33,405 nt of DNA from Bacillota bacterium (lineage in GTDB: Bacteria; Bacillota; Halanaerobiia; Halanaerobiales; DATFIM01), in assembly GCA_051744825.1 (NCBI GenBank), contig JBNJDL010000003.1, positions 1 to 33,405 on the forward strand, written 5' to 3'. The position numbers were made by a program, and so were the translations under genes. The notes under the pieces were generated by a model. It was not told where the DNA came from. It made no database searches and saw only the letters and a list, made by a program, of their open reading frames with translations. Below are positions 1-9,535 of this stretch, in pieces (positions within the stretch are counted from its first letter, which is position 1; the number at the start of each line of letters is the position of its first letter).

Positions 1-306
1 AAATATAAAGCTTTTAAAGAAGAAATAAAGCTTTTTAAAGATTTAAAAGAAGTAGAATTTCTTTATAAAGCAAAGAAATGTAATAGTTGTAGAAATATAG
101 GATATAAAGGAAGAATCGCAGTACATGAAATTTTAATTATTAATGACAAAATAAAAAATATGATAGATAGGGGGGTAAGTGAAATAGAGTTAAGAAATTA
201 TCTAAAAGCTAGAGGAGAAAAAAGCTTAGAAGAAGATGCATTATTAAAGGTGAAAAATGGTGTAAGTTCTTTAAATGAGATTATTCGAGTATTGGAGTTT
301 GATTAA
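1..306 (+). CDS. pilB: Type IV pilus/T2SS assembly ATPase PilB/GspE, C-terminal fragment (5' end outside the window)
   Basis: Frame 1 is open from base 1 to TAA at 304-306 and reads ...CNSCRNIGYKGRIAVHEIL...LEEDALLKVKNGVSSLNEIIRV, the typical PilB C-terminus. It lies directly upstream of pilC. Not in the ORF track. Confidence 0.9.
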   Translation, partial: KYKAFKEEIKLFKDLKEVEFLYKAKKCNSCRNIGYKGRIAVHEILIINDKIKNMIDRGVSEIELRNYLKARGEKSLEEDALLKVKNGVSSLNEIIRVLEFD

Positions 307-322
307 AGGGGAGATGGAATAA

Positions 323-1543
323 ATGCCTCCATTATTTAAATATACTGCAAAAAATAAAAGTGGAAAAGTTATTTCAGGAAAAAGTGAAGGTGAAACACCG
401 ATTAATGTTGCCAGAAAAGTTAAAAAAGAAGGATATTATATTATAAATATTGAGAAAGTGGAAAAGAAAAAAGAAGAAAATAAATTAAATATAAATCTAT
501 TCAGGAAAAAGGTCAATCAGAAAGATTTGCTTACTTTTACCAAGCAATTTTATACAATGTTAGCTTCAGGCCTATCAATTCTTGATTCTCTTATTATAAT
601 TGAAGAGCAGAGTACTAAAAATAATGAATTACAAAAAGTAATAAGAGAAATAAAAGAGGATATAGAAAAAGGAAGTTCATTATTTAATTCTATAAGCAAA
701 AAAAATGATGTCTTTCCCTATTTTTATCAGCAAATGATTAGAATCGGTGAAAAAGCAGGGGTTTTAGCTCAAATTTTAAAAGATTTAACTTTATATTATA
801 GCTGGAAATTAGAATTTAGAAAAAAAGTTATTAGTTCCTTATATTATCCTTTATTATTACTTTTAGCTTCAGTAATTGCTATTTTTATATTACTAAAATT
901 TGTTATTCCATCCTTTGTAGAAATTTTTTCCAGTTTTGAAGCTACTTTACCTCTACCAACTCGTTTTATTTTACATTTAAGTCAAAATAGTATTAAATAT
1001 TTTTCATTAATTATTTTTATTTTAACAATAACTATTTTATTAATTAAATACATTTACAATTCAGAGAAAGGAGGTAATAAAATTGCATATTTTATATTAA
1101 AAATTCCTTATCTAGGTAGATTAAGAAAAGATTTGATTTTTTGGAGATTTTCGAATAATTTAGCATTACTGACAAAAAACGGTCTTTCTCTTTTAGATGC
1201 TTTAAGTATAATTGAAGAAATTACTAAGGACAAAGTTATGAAAAAAATAATATATAACTTAGAAATCGATATTAGAGAAGGAAAAAATTTATCATATGCA
1301 TTAAAGGAAAAAAATTTTTTTCCTAAAATTATGTTTGAATTTATAAAAACAGGTGAAAAGACCGGGCAGTTAGCGAATATGCTTTTTGAAATTGCTAAAT
1401 ATTTCAAAAATGATTTAGAAGATAAAATGAAATCTTTAGTTGTTTTATTAGAGCCGACTTTAATTCTTTTTTTAGCAGCAATTATAGCCTTTATTGCAAT
1501 TGCTGTTATTCTCCCTCTTTTTAACATGTATTCTTTATTTTGA
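323..1543 (+). CDS. pilC: Type IV pilus inner-membrane platform protein PilC (GspF family)
   Basis: MPxFKYTA start, two GspF repeats (GEKAGVL, GEKTGQL), LPLPT and LLEP motifs, 406 aa; SD AGGGGAG upstream. Confidence 0.93.
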   Translation: MPPLFKYTAKNKSGKVISGKSEGETPINVARKVKKEGYYIINIEKVEKKKEENKLNINLFRKKVNQKDLLTFTKQFYTMLASGLSILDSLIIIEEQSTKNNELQKVIREIKEDIEKGSSLFNSISKKNDVFPYFYQQMIRIGEKAGVLAQILKDLTLYYSWKLEFRKKVISSLYYPLLLLLASVIAIFILLKFVIPSFVEIFSSFEATLPLPTRFILHLSQNSIKYFSLIIFILTITILLIKYIYNSEKGGNKIAYFILKIPYLGRLRKDLIFWRFSNNLALLTKNGLSLLDALSIIEEITKDKVMKKIIYNLEIDIREGKNLSYALKEKNFFPKIMFEFIKTGEKTGQLANMLFEIAKYFKNDLEDKMKSLVVLLEPTLILFLAAIIAFIAIAVILPLFNMYSLF

Positions 1544-1565
1544 AAATTTATTTAGGAGGATGAAA

Positions 1566-1943
1566 ATGAGAAAAATACAAAAAGATGAAGGTTTTACTTT
1601 GATTGAATTACTAATAGTGGTTGCTATTATTGGAATTCTTGCTGGTATTTCTGTCCCTCAAGTTTCTAATGTGAGATCAAAGGCAAATTTAAGTGTTTTA
1701 AAATCTGATTTACGAAGTATACAAACTGCCTTAGAAATTTATGCCTTAGATAATGAAGGTTATCCTGCTAAAAGTGATTTTACTAATATTGACTTTGATA
1801 ATACAGATGACTATGAGTATGATGTAAATGAAGATGGAGATCAATATTTAGTTTATAATGAAGAAAAAGTAAATGGTAATTATTATTTTATAGAGAGTTC
1901 TAAAACAACTATAGGTAGCGATACAACGACTCCAAGTTTATAA
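1566..1943 (+). CDS. Probable major type IV pilin / GspG-like pseudopilin
   Basis: Class III signal G|FTLIELLIVVAIIGILA with E5 and P22, plus YALDNEGYP. Start moved from 1494 to ATG 1566 because SD AGGAGG lies at 1554-1559. Confidence 0.88.
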   Translation: MRKIQKDEGFTLIELLIVVAIIGILAGISVPQVSNVRSKANLSVLKSDLRSIQTALEIYALDNEGYPAKSDFTNIDFDNTDDYEYDVNEDGDQYLVYNEEKVNGNYYFIESSKTTIGSDTTTPSL

Positions 1944-1978
1944 AATAATTAAGATAAGTTAATTAGGGAGAAGATAGA

Positions 1979-2494
1979 ATGAAAAAATTAGTTATTATAA
2001 TTAAGTATTCAAATAGTGCTTTTACCCTAATAGAAATAATTGCTGTAATTTTAATGATTTCTGTTTTCTCCTTTATTTTAATTCCTAAGTTTAATATAGC
2101 ATTTGATTATTCATTAAAAGCAAGTATTGAAAAAATAGCAATAGATTTAAGATGGGCCAGAACTAAAGCAATAATAGATAATAAAAAATATTATTTTAGA
2201 ATATATAAAGATGATGATATATACAAAATTGATTCAGATGATAAAAGTGATTATATTATTTTTAGTAAAGAAGAAAACGGAGAAATAAATATTTTAAAAG
2301 AAGGAAATTATCCTTCAAAATATACTTTATATAAAAATAAATCTGTTGATTTGGTAGAAGATGATTATTTTGAACGAATAAATTTTACACCTTATGGCAC
2401 ATCAAGACTAGGAACTATTGTTTTAAAATCAAATACTGGAAAATTGTTCAAAGTAATAGTGAACTCTCAAGGGAGGGTTATAATTGAAAAATAA
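1979..2494 (+). CDS. Minor pilin, FimT/FimU/GspH-like
   Basis: A|FTLIE motif, 'DLRWARTKAI' helix, C-terminal 'F.PYG...QGRV'. Confidence 0.8.
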   Translation: MKKLVIIIKYSNSAFTLIEIIAVILMISVFSFILIPKFNIAFDYSLKASIEKIAIDLRWARTKAIIDNKKYYFRIYKDDDIYKIDSDDKSDYIIFSKEENGEINILKEGNYPSKYTLYKNKSVDLVEDDYFERINFTPYGTSRLGTIVLKSNTGKLFKVIVNSQGRVIIEK

Positions 2495-2900
2495 TAAAGG
2501 CTTTACTCTTATAGAAGTCTTAATTACATTAGTAATTATTGCTTCATTGATTTTAGGAGTAAATAAAGTTCTTTATACAATAGATAAAGCTAATATAATT
2601 GCAGAAGAAGTTTTTCAAATTATTAATTATTCTCAAAATATTATGGAGTATTTAAAAAGCGAACAAGTTGAATTATTTGAGGGGGAATATCAACTTAGTA
2701 ATCTTATTGATTCAAACAGCTTAGAATTATTTAAAGAAAGTATTAGTGAAAATGTTATAACTTCTTCTAATATAAAAATTGAAAAAATAAATAATTTTTC
2801 TAATCTTCATAAAAATTTATATTTAGTTAAATTATCAGTTTATTGGCAGGGTTTAAGAGGAGAAAAAGTTTATGAACTTAATAATTATATATCTAAGTAA
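2484..2900 (+). CDS. Minor pilin, PilV/GspI-like
   Basis: G|FTLIEVLI; C-terminal 'VKLSVYW' strand; TTG start with GGAGGG upstream; position in the pilin cluster. Confidence 0.78.
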   Translation: MKNNKGFTLIEVLITLVIIASLILGVNKVLYTIDKANIIAEEVFQIINYSQNIMEYLKSEQVELFEGEYQLSNLIDSNSLELFKESISENVITSSNIKIEKINNFSNLHKNLYLVKLSVYWQGLRGEKVYELNNYISK

Positions 2901-3378
2901 AATCAGATTTTTGAAAGATAAAAAAGCATTTACCTTACTAGAAGTTACTTTGGCTATTACGATTTTATCTTTAATATTAACTCTTAGTTTTAGTTTTTTT
3001 AAATTTTTTACAACTTTTTTTAAAAATGAAGAAAGTAAGTTATTTAGTAAATTGGATGAAAAAATTGTATTTGTTCATTTTAATAGAGAATTTATTTCTG
3101 CTAAAGATATTCAAATAAAAGATGATAATGAAATTTCTTTTATATCTTATTATATAAATAAAGAAAGTCAAATAAATTATTCTTTATACTACTCTGATTC
3201 CATAAAAGCATTGGGTAAAAAAGTTGTTTCTAATCGACAGGCAGTAATCAATAATATTAGTGATATTAAGTTTGAAGAAAAAGAAGATTTGATTTACATA
3301 AATTTTGTCTTAGTAGATGCTGATAATAACAAAAGAAAAATTACTAAAATTTTTAAACCTAGAATAAGGAGTGAATAA
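2872..3378 (+). CDS. Minor pilin, PilW/GspJ-like
   Basis: A|FTLLEV motif followed by a hydrophobic helix; SD GAGGAG at 2857-2862. Confidence 0.75.
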   Translation: MNLIIIYLSKIRFLKDKKAFTLLEVTLAITILSLILTLSFSFFKFFTTFFKNEESKLFSKLDEKIVFVHFNREFISAKDIQIKDDNEISFISYYINKESQINYSLYYSDSIKALGKKVVSNRQAVINNISDIKFEEKEDLIYINFVLVDADNNKRKITKIFKPRIRSE

Positions 3379-3808
3379 ATTGTTATTTGCCTTTGAAGAG
3401 GGATTTTCATTTTATCTTTTATTAGTTTTTATAATTATAATAAGTTCTTTTATTATAACTCTTTTTACTGGTGCAATTGTAAATATAAAAATTTCTGAAA
3501 ATATAGCAGCTGAGCAAAAAGCTTTTTATGCTGCGGATTCAGCAATAACCTATGCCCAATTATTATTAAAAGAAAATAATGGTATTCCAGTTAAAAAGAA
3601 AAATGGTGAAAACTATATCCCTGGAGAAATATACAGTAATATAACATTAAATCAGCAAAGTAGATTCCAATTTATTATGACTGAAGAAAAAAAAGAAAAT
3701 CTTAAATATATAATTAAAGCTTTTGCTAGTCATGATGAAAATAAAGCTGAAATAACTGCTGAATTTGATAATGATTATAACTTGATTGATTATAAAATTT
3801 TAGACTAA
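3371..3808 (+). CDS. Minor pilin, PilX/GspK-like
   Basis: EEG|FSF leader without E5 and 'KAFYAADSAI', typical of the PilX N-terminal domain; last pilin of the cluster. Confidence 0.75.
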   Translation: MNKLLFAFEEGFSFYLLLVFIIIISSFIITLFTGAIVNIKISENIAAEQKAFYAADSAITYAQLLLKENNGIPVKKKNGENYIPGEIYSNITLNQQSRFQFIMTEEKKENLKYIIKAFASHDENKAEITAEFDNDYNLIDYKILD

Positions 3809-3822
3809 ACAGGAGGAGTAAA

Positions 3823-4788
3823 ATGTTTTTTAAAAAAAGGAATTATATTTATGGCTTGGATTTAGGTAACTTTTCTATGAAAATAGTTTTAATATCTTAT
3901 AAAAAAGGAAAGCTGGAATTAAAAAAAGCTGAATTTAAAAAGTTTGAAAATACAATATTTGAAGAAGGGATTATAGAAGATAAAAAAAGATTAAAAAATA
4001 AGCTTAATGAAATAATCCCTTCTTCTAATACAAAAATAGAGTTGACTTGTGCTTTAGATAATGATTTTGTTGTTATTCGAAATATTCATTTGCCATATAT
4101 GGAAAATAAGGCAATAAAAGAAACTTTAAGATGGGAATTTTCTGATCACTTACCTTTCAAAAGTGAAGATGCAATTATTGATTATCATAAAAATAAATCA
4201 GGAGAAGAATTAGATATAACTGCTGTTTTAGCTCCAAAAAATAAAATAAATAGTTATAAAAGTTCTTTTGAAAATTACAATTTAAAATCTTTAAACATTC
4301 AGGCAGCTGCTCTTTTAAGTTTATTCAAATTTAATAATGTTACTTCTACCAATTTGATTTTAGATATTGGTTCTTTTAGTACGAAACTTATTGTGGGAAA
4401 TAGTAAAAATATATATTTTATAAGAAATTTGAAAATTGCTGCTACTGAACTCTTAAAAAAAGAAAATTTTAGTGGGATTGTTGAAGAAGAACTATATTTA
4501 GAAGAATTAAAAAATGAAGTTAAAAGAGCTTTAAGGTTTTATAATAGAAATAATTCAAATGACAAAGTTAGAAAGATTTATTTAACTGGAGGAGGTGCTT
4601 ATATAAATAATATTTTAGAAAAAATTAAAATAGATCAATCTATTGAAATTGAAATTTTGAAGCCTTTTGAAAAGTTAAATTATGATAGAGAAAAAATAAT
4701 GAATTACTATAGTAAAATTGATTATTTAACAGAATATTCAATTGCCTTTGGTTTATGTTTAAGTGAGGTGTATGAAAATGAAATATAA
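3823..4788 (+). CDS. pilM: Type IV pilus assembly protein PilM (actin-like)
   Basis: GLDLG, LDIG and IYLTGGGA motifs, C-terminal 'IAFGLCL'; SD AGGAGG. Confidence 0.88.
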   Translation: MFFKKRNYIYGLDLGNFSMKIVLISYKKGKLELKKAEFKKFENTIFEEGIIEDKKRLKNKLNEIIPSSNTKIELTCALDNDFVVIRNIHLPYMENKAIKETLRWEFSDHLPFKSEDAIIDYHKNKSGEELDITAVLAPKNKINSYKSSFENYNLKSLNIQAAALLSLFKFNNVTSTNLILDIGSFSTKLIVGNSKNIYFIRNLKIAATELLKKENFSGIVEEELYLEELKNEVKRALRFYNRNNSNDKVRKIYLTGGGAYINNILEKIKIDQSIEIEILKPFEKLNYDREKIMNYYSKIDYLTEYSIAFGLCLSEVYENEI

Positions 4789-5239
4789 CTTATTACCATC
4801 ATCTTATAATAAACAAAGTAATATAAAAGAAATTATCTTTTATATAATTTTAACTTCAGTTATTATATTTGCTATAATACCTATTTCTATTAAATTTAAA
4901 AATTATAGATTACTAAAAGAAGAATATAAAGAGATTTCCTTATTAATAAAAGAAGTAAATAAGTATGAAGAATTATTTAAAAATAATAAAGATATATATT
5001 TAAAATCAAGAGAAGTTGATTTTAATTGGGGGTTTTTAATAAGTGATGTAATTGAAAAATTTCCAAAAAAAATGAAATTAGAAAAAATATCTTTAATTAA
5101 TAATTCTCTATTTTTAGAAATTGATAGCAAAAAAGAAGATAATATTTTTTTATTAGTAGATAAATTAAAGGAAAATAAAAAAATTAAGGAAATTCTCCTA
5201 AATTCCAAAGGGAGAGATAAAATTGAAATTAAATTTTAA
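4778..5239 (+). CDS. pilN: Type IV pilus assembly protein PilN
   Basis: N-terminal NLLP (PilM-binding motif), a TM helix and a coiled coil. Start moved to ATG 4778 after SD GAGGTG; 4772 is also possible. Confidence 0.75.
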   Translation: MKYNLLPSSYNKQSNIKEIIFYIILTSVIIFAIIPISIKFKNYRLLKEEYKEISLLIKEVNKYEELFKNNKDIYLKSREVDFNWGFLISDVIEKFPKKMKLEKISLINNSLFLEIDSKKEDNIFLLVDKLKENKKIKEILLNSKGRDKIEIKF

Positions 5240-6020
5240 TAAAAAAATATTTATATTTGTTTTTCTTATAATTATACTTTTATTTTTATTAAAAACAGTT
5301 AATTCTAAAATTTATAGTTATGAAAATTTAATTGTTGATAAACGAAAAGAACTGTTGTTATTACAGGAATATAAAGGTAAATATTTAGATTTAAAAAATA
5401 AATATAAATATTTAAATATAACAGAAAGTGAAATTAGAGAAAAAGTTTACAATTTAATAACTTCCAAAAATTTAATTTTAAAAAATAGCAAATTTGAAAA
5501 AAAACTAAATAATTTTGAATATACAATAGAGCTAAGTGGAAATTTTCATAATATATATGAATTTCTTTATAATGTTTATTATCTTGATTCTTTTATTAAA
5601 GCTAATAATTTAGTAATGGAAATGGATAGAAATATAGAAGGAAATGTTTCTTTAACAGTAACTTTAGAATTTTTACTTTCAGGATACATTAAAAACAAAG
5701 AAGTAATTAAAAAAAACAAACTATTAAATAATAATTATCATAATCCATTTTTAAATGATATAGTTAACGAAAATCTTAAAATCAATTCAGAAGATAAAGT
5801 AATAAAGATGAATTTTCCATTAACTTTACTTGGGATAATTGGAAATGAAAAGAAGAAGTCAGCAATTATAATGATTGATAATGAAGTGAAAATAGTAAAT
5901 AAAAATTTTAAAAATGAATCTCTTGAAATTGTAAATATAGGAAGTGATTATTTAAAAGTTTTATATGAAAAATTGGTATTCAAAATTAAATTAGGAGGTA
6001 ATATAGGTGTTATGCAATAA
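5223..6020 (+). CDS. PilO-like protein with a C-terminal PilP/GspC-HR-like domain (apparent fusion)
   Basis: TM helix plus PilO-like 'IELSGNFHNIYEFL'; C-terminal 'NPF...LTLLGIIG...AII...V' resembles PilP. It is the only ORF between pilN and pilQ. Confidence 0.62.
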   Translation: MKLNFNKKIFIFVFLIIILLFLLKTVNSKIYSYENLIVDKRKELLLLQEYKGKYLDLKNKYKYLNITESEIREKVYNLITSKNLILKNSKFEKKLNNFEYTIELSGNFHNIYEFLYNVYYLDSFIKANNLVMEMDRNIEGNVSLTVTLEFLLSGYIKNKEVIKKNKLLNNNYHNPFLNDIVNENLKINSEDKVIKMNFPLTLLGIIGNEKKKSAIIMIDNEVKIVNKNFKNESLEIVNIGSDYLKVLYEKLVFKIKLGGNIGVMQ

Positions 6021-7821
6021 CAAAGTTTTAGTTATATTTTTTCTTTTTTTCTTATTAATTTTCAATATCCCAATCCAGGCTAATAGTAATATAATTGATT
6101 TGAATTTAAAAGGGGTAGATTTAAGAGATGCTTTGAGAACTATAGCTGAGTTAGCAAAAGTAAACTTAATTGCAGATAAATCAGTTTCTGGACAAATTAC
6201 TATGAATTTAGAAGGTTTATCTTTTGAAGATTCTTTAAAATTAATAACTGAAAGTAATGGTTTAGACTGGAAGTTTAAAGATAATACTTTTTTTGTAGCA
6301 GATAAAAATAGAATAAATGAATTATTTGAAAAATATGAAGTAAATAAGGTTAAAATTAAACATAGAGATTGTCTTAAGTTAAAAGATATATTAGCTGAGA
6401 TATATCCTGATATAAATTTTACAATTGATAAAAATCAAAATATATTGTTGTTTAGATCTAAAAGTGATATTAAAAAAGAAATTTTCAATATAATTTCTTT
6501 AATAGATAGAAAAATAGAAGAAAATACAGAGAAAAAGTCATTTTCTATTATAGAAGTAGATATTGATTATTTAAATGATATAAAAGAATCTATTAAGCTA
6601 TTATTTTCAAATGTTAAAGTTATTCCATTAAAAGCTTCTAGAGAAATATTAATTTATGGTAAAGATACTGAAGTTAAAAGTGTAGAATCATTAATTAAAA
6701 ATAATTTTTCTGAAAAGAGAGAAGATGAAATTTGCGAAAAAAGAATAATAATAACTAAAAAAACCTTTGAAGAAATTTTAGATTTTATAAAAAATAAAAA
6801 TTATAAAATATCTATTATTTATGAGGAGAATACTAATGAACTTTATTTAAAAGGTGAAAAGGATATAGTTGATATAATCATTTCTATAGCTAAAAAATTA
6901 AATACATTTAATATAAAAGAAAAAGTAGTAAAAAAACAGAAAGTAAATTATATAAATGAAAATATAATTACTAATTTGACTAATTCAATTTATTCAAATT
7001 TAGATATTTATTTTGATTATAGACAATCTATTCTTGTGGTAAAAGGTGAAAAAAGTGAAGTGAATAATTATCTTAACTTTTTAGAAAACATTGATAATCC
7101 AAGACCTCAGGTTATGATTGAAGCCCAAATATTAGAGTTATCTACTCGTTCTTTAAAAGAAATAGGAGTAGAAGCAGGGGAATTGAGTAAAATAACTATA
7201 CTTAGTGAGGATAATTCATCGTTGGATTTTTCCTGGCCTGATTTAATTAAATATATAAAAGATAGAGCTGAAACAAAAGTTTTAGCTTCTCCTTCTCTTT
7301 TAACTATTGCAGGTGAAAAAGCAGAGATGTTAATTGGAGATAAGATTCCGATGAAATTAACTACAGATGAAAGTGAAGAAATCAAATATATTGAAGCTGG
7401 TATAAATCTTAGTTTTTTACCTATACTTACTGAAAAAAAAGAAATTATTTTAGAATTAAACCCTAAAGTAAGTAGTATTGGTGAAACTTTAGTTAATGGA
7501 TTGCCTGCTATCAATACAAGAGAAATAAATACTAAAGTAAGATTAAATGATAGAGAAGTATTTGTAATAGCAGGTTTAATTAAAGAAGATTTAATTAAAT
7601 CAAAATCTAAAATACCATATTTAGCTGATATACCTGTCTTAGGGAAGATATTTAGTTCTTATAATGAAAATAAGAGAGAAAATGAAATAGTTATTTTAAT
7701 AAAACCATATATTATAGATTATAGGGATAAAAGCAATAATTATGAGGTAGAAGAAGGAAAACAGCGTGTAAACATAGAAGAATATAATGTATGGAAGAAC
7801 AAAATGAAAAGATTGAAGTAA
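6007..7821 (+). CDS. pilQ: Outer-membrane secretin PilQ/GspD family
   Basis: Signal peptide, N0 domain (LKGVDLRDALRTIAELAKVNLI), repeated N domains, secretin core (PQVMIEAQILE, LASPSL, IPYLADIPVLGKIF); GTG start with SD AGGAGGT. Confidence 0.92.
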   Translation: MLCNNKVLVIFFLFFLLIFNIPIQANSNIIDLNLKGVDLRDALRTIAELAKVNLIADKSVSGQITMNLEGLSFEDSLKLITESNGLDWKFKDNTFFVADKNRINELFEKYEVNKVKIKHRDCLKLKDILAEIYPDINFTIDKNQNILLFRSKSDIKKEIFNIISLIDRKIEENTEKKSFSIIEVDIDYLNDIKESIKLLFSNVKVIPLKASREILIYGKDTEVKSVESLIKNNFSEKREDEICEKRIIITKKTFEEILDFIKNKNYKISIIYEENTNELYLKGEKDIVDIIISIAKKLNTFNIKEKVVKKQKVNYINENIITNLTNSIYSNLDIYFDYRQSILVVKGEKSEVNNYLNFLENIDNPRPQVMIEAQILELSTRSLKEIGVEAGELSKITILSEDNSSLDFSWPDLIKYIKDRAETKVLASPSLLTIAGEKAEMLIGDKIPMKLTTDESEEIKYIEAGINLSFLPILTEKKEIILELNPKVSSIGETLVNGLPAINTREINTKVRLNDREVFVIAGLIKEDLIKSKSKIPYLADIPVLGKIFSSYNENKRENEIVILIKPYIIDYRDKSNNYEVEEGKQRVNIEEYNVWKNKMKRLK

Positions 7822-7853
7822 AAAATTAAGTAATTATTTAAGGAGTTAAAAAG

Positions 7854-8366
7854 GTGATAATATCTTTAGTAGGTTTTATGGGAACAGGTAAAACTTCTGT
7901 TGCAAAAGCGATTTCTCAAAAAATAAATTACAAATTTGCAGATACAGATTTATTAATTGAGGATAAATACAAATTAAAGGTTACTGAAATTTTTAAAAAC
8001 TATGGAGAAAATTATTTTCGACAAATTGAAAAAGAAATATTAGAAGAATTTTTCAATGAACAGCCTAAAGATACAAATATTATATTGGCTACTGGTGGAG
8101 GAATTGTATTATCTTCTCAAAATATAATTAATTTAAAAAAATATTCTACGCCAATTTTATTAACAGCTTCTAAAAAAACTATTTTATATAGATTGAAAAA
8201 AGAAAATAGGCTTTTGTTAAAAGGAGAAAAAGACAAAGAGCAAAGGATAGAAGAAATTTTAAATAATAGAAAAAAATATTATAATCAGTTTAATAATGTA
8301 ATAAATACTAATGATAAAAATATTAATAAGGTTGCAGATAAGATTATAAATAAGTATATTAAATAA
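7854..8366 (+). CDS. aroK: Shikimate kinase
   Basis: GFMGTGKT P-loop, DTD, GENYFRQIE and ATGGG motifs. Confidence 0.93.
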   Translation: MIISLVGFMGTGKTSVAKAISQKINYKFADTDLLIEDKYKLKVTEIFKNYGENYFRQIEKEILEEFFNEQPKDTNIILATGGGIVLSSQNIINLKKYSTPILLTASKKTILYRLKKENRLLLKGEKDKEQRIEEILNNRKKYYNQFNNVINTNDKNINKVADKIINKYIK

Positions 8367-8415
8367 TTTAATAATAATATAATAATAAAAATATCAAAAA
8401 TGAGGAGAAGTGATT

Positions 8416-9486
8416 ATGAAAAAAAGAATTAAAAAAATGAGAGACTTAATGGAAAATGAGAATATTAATGCTTTATTAATAAGCAAAGATGTTAATCGCT
8501 TTTATTTAAGTGGTTTTACTGGTAGCTCAGGTCTTATTTTATTCACTCCTAAAGATAATTATTTTATTACTGATTTTAGATACACTGAGCAGGCAGGTGC
8601 ACAAACTGAAGGTTATAAAATTTTAGAAGTTAATAGAAACATTCCTGAAAAAATAAATGAAATTTTAAAAGAAGATAATGTTGAAGAATTGGCTTTTGAA
8701 TCAACTTCGGTTTCTTATGATAAATTCAAAGAATATGATAAGAAATTTGAAAATACTAATTTAGTTGCTACAAAAGAGTTAGTGAAAAAATTAAGGATTA
8801 TTAAAGAAGAAAAAGAGATAGAAAAGATAAAAAAAGCTGTTGAAATTACAGATAAAGCTTTTGATCATATTCTTGATTTTATTGAAGAAGGAAAAACTGA
8901 AAGAGAAATAGCCTTAGAATTAGAGTATTTTATGAAAAAAAATGGTGGCCAGAGAAATGCTTTTGACTTTATAGTGGCTTCTGGAAAACGTTCTTCAATG
9001 CCTCATGGAGTTGCCAGTAACAAGAAAGTTGAAAACGGAGATTTTATAACTATGGATTTTGGAACTTTTTATGAGGGTTATTGTTCTGATATGACAAGAA
9101 CTGTTGTTTTAGGTGAAGTGAGTGAAAAACAAAAAGAAATTTATAATATAGTTTTAAAAGCCCAAAGAGAAGTAATAAAAAATGTAAAAGCAGGAATGAC
9201 AGGTAAAGAAATGGATTCTATAGCTAGAGATATCATTGAAGAAGCAGGTTATAAAGATAACTTTGGCCATGGTTTAGGCCATGGAATAGGTGTAGAAGTT
9301 CATGAAAGTCCAAGAGCCTCATATACTTCTGATGATGAATTAAAGGAAGGTATGCTTGTCACTGATGAACCTGGAATTTACTTACCTGACTGGGGTGGGG
9401 TTAGAATAGAAGATGATTTAATTATAACTAAAAATGGTTGTGAGGTTTTAAATCAATCACCAAAGGAATTAATTGTTATCAAATAA
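8416..9486 (+). CDS. Xaa-Pro aminopeptidase/dipeptidase (M24B, YqhT/PapA-like)
   Basis: [45 protein letters not shown]; conserved position before efp. Start moved to ATG 8416. Confidence 0.93.
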   Translation: MKKRIKKMRDLMENENINALLISKDVNRFYLSGFTGSSGLILFTPKDNYFITDFRYTEQAGAQTEGYKILEVNRNIPEKINEILKEDNVEELAFESTSVSYDKFKEYDKKFENTNLVATKELVKKLRIIKEEKEIEKIKKAVEITDKAFDHILDFIEEGKTEREIALELEYFMKKNGGQRNAFDFIVASGKRSSMPHGVASNKKVENGDFITMDFGTFYEGYCSDMTRTVVLGEVSEKQKEIYNIVLKAQREVIKNVKAGMTGKEMDSIARDIIEEAGYKDNFGHGLGHGIGVEVHESPRASYTSDDELKEGMLVTDEPGIYLPDWGGVRIEDDLIITKNGCEVLNQSPKELIVIK

Positions 9487-9496
9487 ATTTATTAAC

Positions 9497-9535
9497 AGGA
9501 GGTGTAAATCTGATTTTTTATCAGATTATATAATA
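9497..9535 (+). promoter_or_regulatory. Split ribosome-binding site of efp: SD, then a hairpin, then ATG
   Basis: AGGAGGT at 9497-9503 is 32 nt from ATG 9536. AATCTGAT (9507-9514) pairs with ATCAGATT (9520-9527) in between. Confidence 0.6.

Noticed and set aside
5-41. Imperfect direct repeat ATAAAGCTTTT(T)AAAGA
   Set aside because: Two copies only, in AT-rich pilB coding sequence with the frame intact. Not an array or att site.
1593-1766. Pilin N-terminus resembles Geobacter PilA, suggesting a conductive pilus
   Set aside because: No aromatic residues between F1 and Y50 (positions 24, 27 and 32 are V, V and N). The similarity is generic to type IVa pilins.
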